Part shown: positions 11,431-19,633 of the stretch, piece by piece
How positions within the stretch are numbered: the first letter of the stretch is position 1
Layout: each line of letters opens with the position of its first letter
Source of the DNA: Synechococcus sp. A15-28
GTDB lineage: Bacteria > Cyanobacteriota > Cyanobacteriia > PCC-6307 > Cyanobiaceae
Assembly: GCF_014280175.1 (NCBI RefSeq)
Contig: NZ_CP047931.1
Location: forward strand, 1,830,001-1,862,000
Reading direction: 5' to 3'
Length of the DNA stretch: 32,000 nt
Made by a program: the position numbers and the translations under genes
The notes under the pieces: model-generated
What the model was told of the DNA's origin: nothing
The model's input: the letters and a program-made list of their open reading frames with translations, nothing else
Databases searched by the model: none

Positions 11431-12579
11431 ATGCCCCGAAGCATCGGCATCGTGACGGCGGCGGACAGCCGCGAGCGCAGCCATGGTCAGCTGCACATCT
11501 ACGACGGTGAGGGCAAAGGCAAGAGCCAGGCCGCGCTGGGGGTGGTGCTGCGCACCATCGGGTTGGGCATCTGTGAGCAGCGACGCACCCGGGTGCTGCT
11601 GCTGCGCTTCCTCAAGGGCCCCGGCCGGGCCTACGACGAAGATGCTGCCATCGAAGCCCTCCAGCAGGGATTCCCCCATCTGATCGACCATCTGCGCACG
11701 GGCCGGGCCGATCACTTCACCGCCGATGAGGCCACCCGCTTCGACCGGGAGGAAGCCCAGCGTGGCTGGGTGATCGCCAAAGGGGCCATCGCCAGCGCGT
11801 TGTACTCGGTGGTGGTGCTGGATGAACTCAACCCCGTGCTGGATCTGGGGTTGCTGGATGTGGAGGACGTGGTCAACACCCTCAGGCAGCGACCCGAGGG
11901 CATGGAAATCATCGTGACCGGCCGTGCGGCACCGGCACCGCTGGTGCGGGTGGCGGATCTGCATTCCGAGATGCGGGCGCACCGGCGGCCGGGGCTGGAA
12001 GAGGAGCGGGTGATCCCGCTCAACATGAGCAGCGGCATTGAGATCTACACCGGCGAGGGCAAGGGCAAATCCACCAGCGCCCTCGGCAAGGCGCTGCAGG
12101 CGATTGGCCGCGGCATCAGCCAGGACAAGAGCCACCGGGTGCTGATCCTGCAGTGGCTGAAAGGGGGCAGCGGCTACACCGAGGACGCCGCCATCGCGGC
12201 CCTGCGGGACAGCTATCCCCATCTGGTGGATCACCTCCGTTCCGGCCGTGATGCCATCGTCTGGCGCGGCCAGCAGGAACCGATCGATTACGTGGAGGCG
12301 GAACGGGCCTGGGAGATCGCCCGCGCTGCCATCTCAAGCGGGCTGTACAAAACGGTGATCCTCGATGAGCTCAATCCAACGGTGGATCTGGAGCTGCTGC
12401 CGGAGGAGCCGATCGTGCAGACCCTGCTGCGCAAACCGACGGAAACTGAAGTGATCATCACCGGACGCTGCAAGAACCAACCGGCCTATTTCGATCTGGC
12501 CAGCATTCACTCTGAAATGGTCTGCCACAAGCACTACGCCGAGCAGGGTGTGGACCTTAAGCGGGGTGTGGACTATTGA
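11431..12579 (+). CDS. cobO: Two-domain (tandem-duplicated) cob(I)yrinic acid a,c-diamide adenosyltransferase family protein (CobO/CobA-type P-loop)
   Basis: Two homologous halves: HIYDGEGKGKSQAALGVVLRTIGLG... and IYTGEGKGKSTSALGKALQAIGRG..., each with VVLDELNPVLDL / VILDELNPTVDL and EIIVTGR / EVIITGR. Confidence 0.85.
   Translation: MPRSIGIVTAADSRERSHGQLHIYDGEGKGKSQAALGVVLRTIGLGICEQRRTRVLLLRFLKGPGRAYDEDAAIEALQQGFPHLIDHLRTGRADHFTADEATRFDREEAQRGWVIAKGAIASALYSVVVLDELNPVLDLGLLDVEDVVNTLRQRPEGMEIIVTGRAAPAPLVRVADLHSEMRAHRRPGLEEERVIPLNMSSGIEIYTGEGKGKSTSALGKALQAIGRGISQDKSHRVLILQWLKGGSGYTEDAAIAALRDSYPHLVDHLRSGRDAIVWRGQQEPIDYVEAERAWEIARAAISSGLYKTVILDELNPTVDLELLPEEPIVQTLLRKPTETEVIITGRCKNQPAYFDLASIHSEMVCHKHYAEQGVDLKRGVDY
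12546..12579 (+). repeat. Imperfect direct repeat copy A (3' end of the cobO/cobA-like gene)
   Basis: gggtgtggaccttaagcggggtgtggactattga; 27/34 identical by hand alignment to 14009..14042; encodes GVDLKRGVDY*. Confidence 0.85.
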
Positions 12580-12631
12580 GATCTTGACAAGGTTTTTGTA
12601 GAGTTTGTATGCGGAAATCTTTAAATCACCA

Positions 12632-12649
12632 TTGGCTGAGGCCAGCCAA
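12632..12649. promoter_or_regulatory. Hairpin in the convergent intergenic between the cobO-like gene and parA-like gene
   Basis: TTGGCTG-aggc-CAGCCAA, perfect 7-bp stem, 4-nt loop; no adjoining T-tract, so terminator function is unproven. Confidence 0.5.
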
Positions 12650-12662
12650 GCAAATCGTTAGT

Positions 12663-13358
12663 TCAGGCAGCCATACGTTGTTCCAAGGGTGTGAAATCCC
12701 ATCCAATTGGTGACTGGATTGGATTTAGCTTTTTGTGCTCTTCGTATAAATCTTCGATTTCTTTACAGGCCGAGCTATATGCAGTCCAGCCCATCATCCG
12801 GCGTGGATTAGCTCGCCCACGGCTGTCAATTGCCTGATCAACAGTGACTCCTTCTGTTTCTGCTTGCTCAAATGCACTTAGCAACGGAATCTGTGCATCA
12901 AGAACATTTATGTCGAATCCTTCAAGACATTCTTTAGCGCTTTTGGCAGCAGCTCCTTTACGTGAGTCAACTTTTACAAGAAGTGCGGCATATGGGATCT
13001 TGTATTGATTGATCGTCTGTGCCATCTCAATTGTCAATTCGACTGATCGACTTTGTGTAGTCGTAGGCAGCAAAACGAAGTCAGCACCCTCTACCAAATT
13101 CTTCATCTCTTCTTCGTTGGTGCTCGCTTGTCCATCTGTGACTACGATCTCTGCTGATCGAGTGGCTTTTGCTGCTGCTTCAATCGGCACAACTGGGCAA
13201 GGCAAGAGTCCTCTGGCTCCGTAGGCAGTGGCCGATCGATTTCGGTCGGCATCAACCAGGACGACCCGTTTTTGGCGATGACTCCAACTTGCTGCGATGT
13301 GAACGCTGCTACACGTTTTGGCGACACCCCCTTTCTGACCAAAAACAGTGATGAACAT
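12663..13358 (-). CDS. ParA-like (MinD/ParA superfamily) P-loop ATPase, orphan
   Basis: MFITVFGQKGGVAKTCSSVHIAASWSHRQKRVVLVDADRNRSATAYG...GADFVLLPTTTQSRSVE; deviant Walker A with signature lysine. No ParB-like ORF adjacent. Confidence 0.85.
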   Translation of the reverse strand: MFITVFGQKGGVAKTCSSVHIAASWSHRQKRVVLVDADRNRSATAYGARGLLPCPVVPIEAAAKATRSAEIVVTDGQASTNEEEMKNLVEGADFVLLPTTTQSRSVELTIEMAQTINQYKIPYAALLVKVDSRKGAAAKSAKECLEGFDINVLDAQIPLLSAFEQAETEGVTVDQAIDSRGRANPRRMMGWTAYSSACKEIEDLYEEHKKLNPIQSPIGWDFTPLEQRMAA

Positions 13359-13486
13359 CAGACAGCAACCAATGACTCATTCGCAGGATCGCGTTCTTTT
13401 TCCGGGAAGGCAATGCTGGGTTATTGCTGCTTCAGCCCGATGACTGCCACCCAGATCTGGGTCACCCGTTGTTGTGGGGTTAGCTC

Positions 13487-13726
13487 TCAAGCGATCCCCA
13501 TCATTGGAGCCAACCACTCGGCATGAAGTGCTGCGAGCACTGACATGTCAAAGGCATGCACCGCTGGGTTGGTCTTGTCTACCACCCACAGGAGTCCAAA
13601 GGGTGCGTTGATGGCCAGCTGCAGCCGCCACCGCCACGTGATGACCTTCCAGGTCTTCTGAAGGATCGAGTTCTTGTACATGGCTGAGTTGAACCTAAAT
13701 TGTTTGGACCCTATCCAGCTGTGCAT
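13487..13726 (-). CDS. Hypothetical small protein (79 aa)
   Basis: Only reasonable ORF upstream of and codirectional with the parA-like gene: MHSWIGSKQFRFNSAMYKNSILQKTWKVITWRWRLQLAINAPFGLLWVVDKTNPAVHAFDMSVLAALHAEWLAPMMGIA. No family recognised. Confidence 0.45.
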   Translation of the reverse strand: MHSWIGSKQFRFNSAMYKNSILQKTWKVITWRWRLQLAINAPFGLLWVVDKTNPAVHAFDMSVLAALHAEWLAPMMGIA

Positions 13727-14008
13727 CCATATCGCTGATCAACCCACCGGTCACGCAAGTCATTCCTGTGCAGATCGATCAGGCAACAGGTCGATCCTTC
13801 ACCTCCGCACCGCCAAGCTCTCAGATGGCGCCAAGGTCACCCGAGAAGAGAGCTGTCATCGCTAAGCGGACTCATCATCCGGCCATCTCAGCGCTCAATC
13901 GGAGAGCAGCACCCAGCAACGCCTCTGATATTCCTTCCCGCACTTGCCTCGTTGGCGATCGCCTCTTGTCACGACGGCGACAAGTGGAGGTTAATAGCCT
14001 CCGAAATA

Positions 14009-14042
14009 GGGCGTGGACCTCAAGAACGGCGTGGACTACTGA
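14009..14042 (+). repeat. Imperfect direct repeat copy B (detached cobO/cobA-like gene tail)
   Basis: gggcgtggacctcaagaacggcgtggactactga; reads GVDLKNGVDY* in one frame but is preceded in that frame by stop codons (tag at 14007-14009). Confidence 0.85.
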
Positions 14043-14163
14043 AAGCGAAGTGAATAAGCTGATAAGTTTTCAATCAAATTCCGTATCTTTTTGCTGTAAA
14101 AGCTTTCCAAAAGGAGCTTCACGGCAAGAAGAGAAATCGACAGGACAAAATTTATTTTCCCTT

Positions 14164-14181
14164 TAACCTTGAAAAAACCAG
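14164..14181 (+). promoter_or_regulatory. Candidate partial Pho box upstream of the ptx cluster
   Basis: TTTAACCT at 14164-14171 plus a second AACC at 14178-14181, exactly 11 nt after AACC at 14167-14170; the second repeat is weak. Confidence 0.3.
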
Positions 14182-14251
14182 TCAATAATTCGATCTTAAA
14201 CTAGAAGGATGCTCTAGAGCTACATTTACCCTATCAGCAAAGATGAATTAA

Positions 14252-14998
14252 TTGAAACCTTCCGCGCTCTCGGCTAATTCGATACATCTAGACTACAACA
14301 ATATTGCCGCACTTAACGATATTAATCTAACAATCAATAGCGGCGAAGTCACCATACTCCTTGGATCCTCCGGAGCAGGTAAATCGTCATTACTAAAAAC
14401 ACTCAATTTTCTAAACCGACCAACGAAAGGCTGGATTAGCAACTCGTCTGTAGGTCGCATTGACTCCTCCAAAAAGCTAAGAGATCACCGAAAAATGACC
14501 GGCATGATCTTTCAACAACACCAATTAATAGAGCGAAATACTGCACTTTGCAATGTAATGATGGGTCGTCTTGGATATTTTTCATTTTGGCGATCACTCC
14601 TGCCGCTGCCTGTTGCAGACCAATTACGTTGTATCGATTGTTTAGATCGAGTTGGCCTTTTGGATAAGGCATTAACGACTGTCTCGTCATTAAGTGGCGG
14701 ACAACCACAGAGGGTTGGAATTGCACGTGCCTTGGCACAGCAACCCAGAATAATGCTGGCTGACGAGCCAATAGCAAGTTTAGATCCTCAGAGCTCTCAT
14801 CAAATCCTAGGCTTATTAACTGACATATGTAAATCAGACAATATTGCCATGGTAATCAGCCTTCATCAAGTGGAATTCGCGAAACAATACGGTGACCGAA
14901 TAATTGGACTTTCAGGCGGCAAAATAATATGTGATAAAAGTCCATCTTCGCTTTCTGCAGACGAATTTGATGCAATTTATACTCCATCTCCAAGATAA
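14252..14998 (+). CDS. ptxA: Phosphite (phosphonate-type) ABC transporter, ATP-binding protein
   Basis: PhnC-like: ITILLGSSGAGKSSLLKTLNFLNRPTKG type Walker A region, MIFQQHQLIERNTALCNVMMGRLG, LSGGQPQRVGIARALAQQPRIMLADEPIASLDP. TTG start. Substrate assigned by linkage to ptxD. Confidence 0.88.
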   Translation: MKPSALSANSIHLDYNNIAALNDINLTINSGEVTILLGSSGAGKSSLLKTLNFLNRPTKGWISNSSVGRIDSSKKLRDHRKMTGMIFQQHQLIERNTALCNVMMGRLGYFSFWRSLLPLPVADQLRCIDCLDRVGLLDKALTTVSSLSGGQPQRVGIARALAQQPRIMLADEPIASLDPQSSHQILGLLTDICKSDNIAMVISLHQVEFAKQYGDRIIGLSGGKIICDKSPSSLSADEFDAIYTPSPR

Positions 14999-15038
14999 AT
15001 GAAGAGACCTTTTCATTGGTTCGAATTCCTTTCCTTGA

Positions 15039-15974
<936 letters not shown>

Positions 15975-15982
15975 TTAAACTT

Positions 15983-16008
15983 GCTCTCTCTTCATTAGAA
16001 GAGAGAGC
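15983..16008 (+). terminator. Hairpin between ptxB and ptxC (candidate attenuator / 3' stabiliser)
   Basis: GCTCTCTCTTC-atta-GAAGAGAGAGC, perfect 11-bp stem, followed by tttacttctt. Confidence 0.65.
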
Positions 16009-16036
16009 TTTACTTCTTCATTGCTTGATTATCGCT

Positions 16037-16840
16037 ATGACCAACAGCCAGTATCAACTAATCAGACATAATCTAAGCCGACGCCGCCTTCAAATGTTCT
16101 ACAGATATACGTTTATCTTGATAACTGTTGCTGTTGGTTTTGGCTTTGCAGGGCTTTTCAACGTCGAACGTCTGGTAGATGGAATTCCTTCAATTTGGAA
16201 ACTCTTATCAGAAATGATCCCACCAGATTTTAGTCGGTGGAAAGAGTGGTTTATTCCCCTGTTGGACTCACTTGCCATGAGCATTGCTGGTACGGCGATC
16301 GCAGTGTTTATATCATTACCACTATGCTTACTTGCAGCTAGAAATACAGCACCCAACAAATTTCTTTTCTATATTGCTCGTCTCATCCTGAATTTCTCTA
16401 GAGCAATTCCAGAGTTGATTATGGGAATGATTTTCGTAGCGGCTGTAGGATTTGGCAAACTTCCGGGAACACTCGCCCTAGGCCTCCACTCGGTTGGCAT
16501 GGTTGGAAAGTTTTTTGCTGAATCAATTGAATTAAGCAGTCCTTTACCTGTTGAGGCAGCACGTGCAGCTGGAGCTAATCATGCTCAAGTCATCTACCAC
16601 AGCATTCTTCCTCAGGTTCTCCCACAGATGGCAGATGTGACATTTTATCGATGGGAATACAATTTTCGAGCGTCAATGGTTGTAGGCGCCGTTGGCGCTG
16701 GTGGCATTGGCCTTGAAATTATCAGCTCACTTCGCTTAATCAAGTATCAAGAAGTTTGTGCACTTCTGATTGTTGTTTTGATAATGGTGACCATGGTAGA
16801 TAGCCTTAGCAATTACCTTAGAAAAAACTTTGTAGGATGA
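16037..16840 (+). CDS. ptxC: Phosphite (phosphonate-type) ABC transporter permease (PhnE/PtxC family)
   Basis: Frame of ORF 16025..16840; RAIPELIMGMIFVAAVGFGKLPGTLALGLHSVGMVGKFFAESIELS, EAARAAGANHAQVIYHSILPQVLPQ, FRASMVVGAVGAGGIG. Confidence 0.88.
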   Translation: MTNSQYQLIRHNLSRRRLQMFYRYTFILITVAVGFGFAGLFNVERLVDGIPSIWKLLSEMIPPDFSRWKEWFIPLLDSLAMSIAGTAIAVFISLPLCLLAARNTAPNKFLFYIARLILNFSRAIPELIMGMIFVAAVGFGKLPGTLALGLHSVGMVGKFFAESIELSSPLPVEAARAAGANHAQVIYHSILPQVLPQMADVTFYRWEYNFRASMVVGAVGAGGIGLEIISSLRLIKYQEVCALLIVVLIMVTMVDSLSNYLRKNFVG

Positions 16841-17820
16841 CTACCAAAGATCAAAAGTCCAAAGTTGTGATTACGCACCGAGTAGATCCACGGATTATAC
16901 GCACTTTAGAAACATCTTTTCATGTAATAACTAATCAGACAAGCCATACACTTGATCGAAGCGAAATACTTGCAAGATGCAGGGATGCCGTTGGCTTGAT
17001 GGTCTTCATGCCCGACAGCATTGACGAGGATTTCCTCTGTCAATGTCCTCGCCTAAAGACGATTGCGGGCGCATTAAGGGGTTACGACAACTTTGATATT
17101 GATGCTTGCCGGTCTCATGGAGTCAACTTCACTATTGTGCCCGATTTATTGGCTCAACCTACTGCCGAGCTAGCCCTTGCCCTAGTTCTGGCGCTTGGAC
17201 GTCGATTGTTGGAGGGAGACGATTACATGCGTTCCGGTGAGTTTCACGGATGGAGACCAAAGCTATACAGCTTTGGCGTCATGAAAAGGAGGATTGGTGT
17301 CGTAGGGATGGGGCGCCTTGGTAGAGCTTTTACCCGAGTTGTCTCGGGATTAGACTGCACAGTGAAATATTATGATCAACAACAACTGAATCCTGATTTG
17401 CACCAAGAGCTAGGCGTTGAATATTTAAACTTTGAAAGCCTTCTCAAGTGGAGTGATTATTTAGTAATGATGCTGCCCCTCACAGAGTCGACGCATCATT
17501 TAATTAATAAAGACAGCTTATCCCTTTTAAAACGAGGATCTTTCCTTGTCAACGTTGGGCGTGGATCTACGGTTGACGAGATAGCAGTAGCAGATTCTTT
17601 AGATAGTGGTCTTCTTGCGGGTTACGCTGCTGACGTTTTCGAAATGGAAGACTGGGTTCGCGAGGATCGTCCTAATGCAATCAATTCTCGCTTAATCGAA
17701 AGCAAGTCAAATACTTTTTTCACTCCACATGTCGGATCAGCCGTGTCAGACATCCGCTATGAAATCGAGTTAGAAGCAGCTCAATCACTACTTAGTTCAG
17801 CCCCGAATTCTATTAATTAA
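16837..17820 (+). CDS. ptxD: NAD-dependent phosphite dehydrogenase PtxD
   Basis: VVITHRV, NQTSHTLDRSEILARCRDA, FMPD, GALRGYDNFDIDACRSHGVNFTIVPDLLAQPTAELA, YAADVFEMEDWVREDRP, FFTPHVGSAVSDIRYEIELEAAQ closely follow my recollection of Pseudomonas stutzeri PtxD; ATGA overlap with ptxC; VGMGRLGRAF is the dinucleotide-binding motif. Confidence 0.92.
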   Translation: MTTKDQKSKVVITHRVDPRIIRTLETSFHVITNQTSHTLDRSEILARCRDAVGLMVFMPDSIDEDFLCQCPRLKTIAGALRGYDNFDIDACRSHGVNFTIVPDLLAQPTAELALALVLALGRRLLEGDDYMRSGEFHGWRPKLYSFGVMKRRIGVVGMGRLGRAFTRVVSGLDCTVKYYDQQQLNPDLHQELGVEYLNFESLLKWSDYLVMMLPLTESTHHLINKDSLSLLKRGSFLVNVGRGSTVDEIAVADSLDSGLLAGYAADVFEMEDWVREDRPNAINSRLIESKSNTFFTPHVGSAVSDIRYEIELEAAQSLLSSAPNSIN

Positions 17821-17829
17821 TTTTTTTGT

Positions 17830-17860
17830 GAGAGTTCACGGTACTCTCGTGATTCTTTTT
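17830..17860 (+). terminator. Rho-independent terminator-like hairpin after ptxD
   Basis: GAGAGT-tcacggt-ACTCTC stem-loop followed by gtgattcttttt. Confidence 0.55.
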
Positions 17861-17997
17861 ATCGGCCTAGCCTGATCGCGGCCGAACAACTCACCCAAAT
17901 ACAAAGCTTTTAGGAATAAATACACGAAATGACCTATTACTGGCATTGACGAATGATTTGAGTATGTGTGCACGGCATGAATGACTGAATCAATCGA

Positions 17998-19131
17998 TCA
18001 GTAACGCGGCACGGTCTGATCCACCTGCACGGACCAGGCATCGATGCCGCCATCGACGTTGGTGGCCGTGATGCCCTGCTCAGCCAGCAGCTCCACGGCC
18101 TGGGCGGAACGGCCGCCGAGTTTGCAGTGGACGTAAAGGCGCCCGGTTTCCGCCATTCCGCGGATGCGTTCGATCGCCTCACCGCTTTTGATCGTGGCCA
18201 GAGGAATCAGCACTGCCCCAGGGATCACAGCCACCTCGGCTTCGGCGGGGTTGCGCACATCCAGTAGCACCACATCGTCTGCCGAGCCATCCAGCAGCGA
18301 CTTGAGCTCGATCACGCTGATGCTGTCCATGGGGGGCGCCGTCGCTCGGCAGAACTGCTGGTAGTCAATCAAGCGATCGATCGCCGGCCGATCCGGGTCA
18401 CGCCGCAGCGTCAGCTCACGGAAACGCATCGTCAGGGCATCCACCACCAGCAAGCGACCATCCAGGCTCCGGCCGATGCCGGTGATCAGCTTGATCGCCT
18501 CCGTCGCCTGAATCAAGCCGATCAGCCCGGGCATCACCCCCATCACCCCGGCCTCCGCGCAGGACGGCACCTGCTCCACCGGCGGTGGCTCCGGCAGCAG
18601 ATCGCGGTAGTTGGGGCTGTCCGGCGTGCGGTTGAACACCGATGCCTGGCCGTCAAAGCGCTGCACCGATCCATAGATCAAGGGCTTTCCCTGCAAGACG
18701 CAGGCGTCGTTCACCAGGTACCGCGTCGGGAAATTGTCCGAGCCATCACACACCAGGTCGTATGCCGATATCAGTTCGAGGGCGTTCTCCCGATCCAGCA
18801 TCTGCTCATGCAGCACCACCTGACAGTGGGGATTGAGCTCCTGCAGCCTGTGCGCGGCGGAGCGCCCCTTGGATTGGCCGAGCCAGTCCATCCCATGAAT
18901 CACCTGCCGCTGCAGGTTCGACAGCTCCACGACATCCCCATCGACGATGCCGATCCGGCCGACACCTGCGGCGGCCAGATACAGCAGCAGCGGTGAGCCC
19001 AGACCACCGGCGCCAACGCAGAGCACGGACGACGCCTTGAGCCGTTCCTGTCCGGCATGACCCACCTCCGGCAGCATCAGGTGGCGGGCATAACGGCTCC
19101 GCTCCTCCCCACTCAGTTCCTCAATCGACAT
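17998..19131 (-). CDS. moeB: Molybdopterin-synthase adenylyltransferase MoeB / ThiF-type E1-like enzyme with C-terminal rhodanese domain
   Basis: VLCVGAGGLGSPLLLYLAAAGVGRIGIVDGDVVELSNLQRQ, SCAEAGVMGVMPG, C-terminal VVLLDVRNPAEAEVAVIPGAVLIPL...VHCKLGGRSAQAVELL. Confidence 0.93.
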   Translation of the reverse strand: MSIEELSGEERSRYARHLMLPEVGHAGQERLKASSVLCVGAGGLGSPLLLYLAAAGVGRIGIVDGDVVELSNLQRQVIHGMDWLGQSKGRSAAHRLQELNPHCQVVLHEQMLDRENALELISAYDLVCDGSDNFPTRYLVNDACVLQGKPLIYGSVQRFDGQASVFNRTPDSPNYRDLLPEPPPVEQVPSCAEAGVMGVMPGLIGLIQATEAIKLITGIGRSLDGRLLVVDALTMRFRELTLRRDPDRPAIDRLIDYQQFCRATAPPMDSISVIELKSLLDGSADDVVLLDVRNPAEAEVAVIPGAVLIPLATIKSGEAIERIRGMAETGRLYVHCKLGGRSAQAVELLAEQGITATNVDGGIDAWSVQVDQTVPRY

Positions 19132-19633
19132 CGATCGGCACCGGCCGCACCTGCCGATCCTCCTCCAGCCACCAGGCCCTCAGTTCGTGCTGGCCCGAGA
19201 GGATCAACATCAGCTGGTGAGGGATACCCCGACAGCGATCCGCCTCAGACGGCAACGGCGGGCTTTGTGGATGGGAATGGGCCACACCGATGATCCGTTG
19301 TTGGTGTTGCCGCGACCAGCGCTGCGCCGCCAGTTGTTCGCGGGGGTCGAGCAGGAAATTGCTGTGCCGGCCATGGGAGTCAGCCGCTCCCCACGGCTGC
19401 AGATCCGGCTGGCGGCCCCAGCGATTGCACACCGGCCAGACGTGATCCAACCGCAGCGAGGTACCCTCGCCCGGGGATCCGATCAACAGAGCACATCCCT
19501 CCTCAGGCCAGCTCGCCAGCAAGGTGCGCTCCAGAATCGTGAGGCATCCACAACGCAGCTGCAGCGTGGATGGCGCGATCGATGAAGCGCCGATACGCTC
19601 AGCTGACCGTATGAACAGTTCTGTCGGTTCCAT
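19121..19633 (-). CDS. M67/JAMM (Mov34/MPN/PAD-1) family metallopeptidase-like protein
   Basis: LLASWPEEGCALLIGS...HSHPQSPPLPSEAD, the E...HxHPxSx(6)SxxD JAMM signature. Start ATG at 19633 is provisional. Confidence 0.85.
   Translation of the reverse strand: MEPTELFIRSAERIGASSIAPSTLQLRCGCLTILERTLLASWPEEGCALLIGSPGEGTSLRLDHVWPVCNRWGRQPDLQPWGAADSHGRHSNFLLDPREQLAAQRWSRQHQQRIIGVAHSHPQSPPLPSEADRCRGIPHQLMLILSGQHELRAWWLEEDRQVRPVPIDVD

Noticed and set aside
11377-12234. Minus-strand ORF opposite the cobO-like gene (285 aa)
   Set aside because: Antisense shadow of the duplicated adenosyltransferase gene.
12663-13358. ParA-like gene as evidence of an integrated plasmid partition locus
   Set aside because: No ParB homologue, replication gene or parS-like repeats were seen; orphan ParA-type ATPases have many non-plasmid roles.
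12546-14042. Calling the cobO-tail duplication a proven prophage or integrative element
   Set aside because: No integrase, excisionase or structural phage genes are present, and the repeats are only 27/34 identical; recorded as a scar-like finding only.
13768-14166. 132-aa plus-strand ORF between the 79-aa ORF and ptxA
   Set aside because: Composition is Ser/Arg/Pro-rich without recognisable motif; it runs across the cobO-tail repeat and hairpins in another frame and ends just before the ptx promoter region. More likely spurious.
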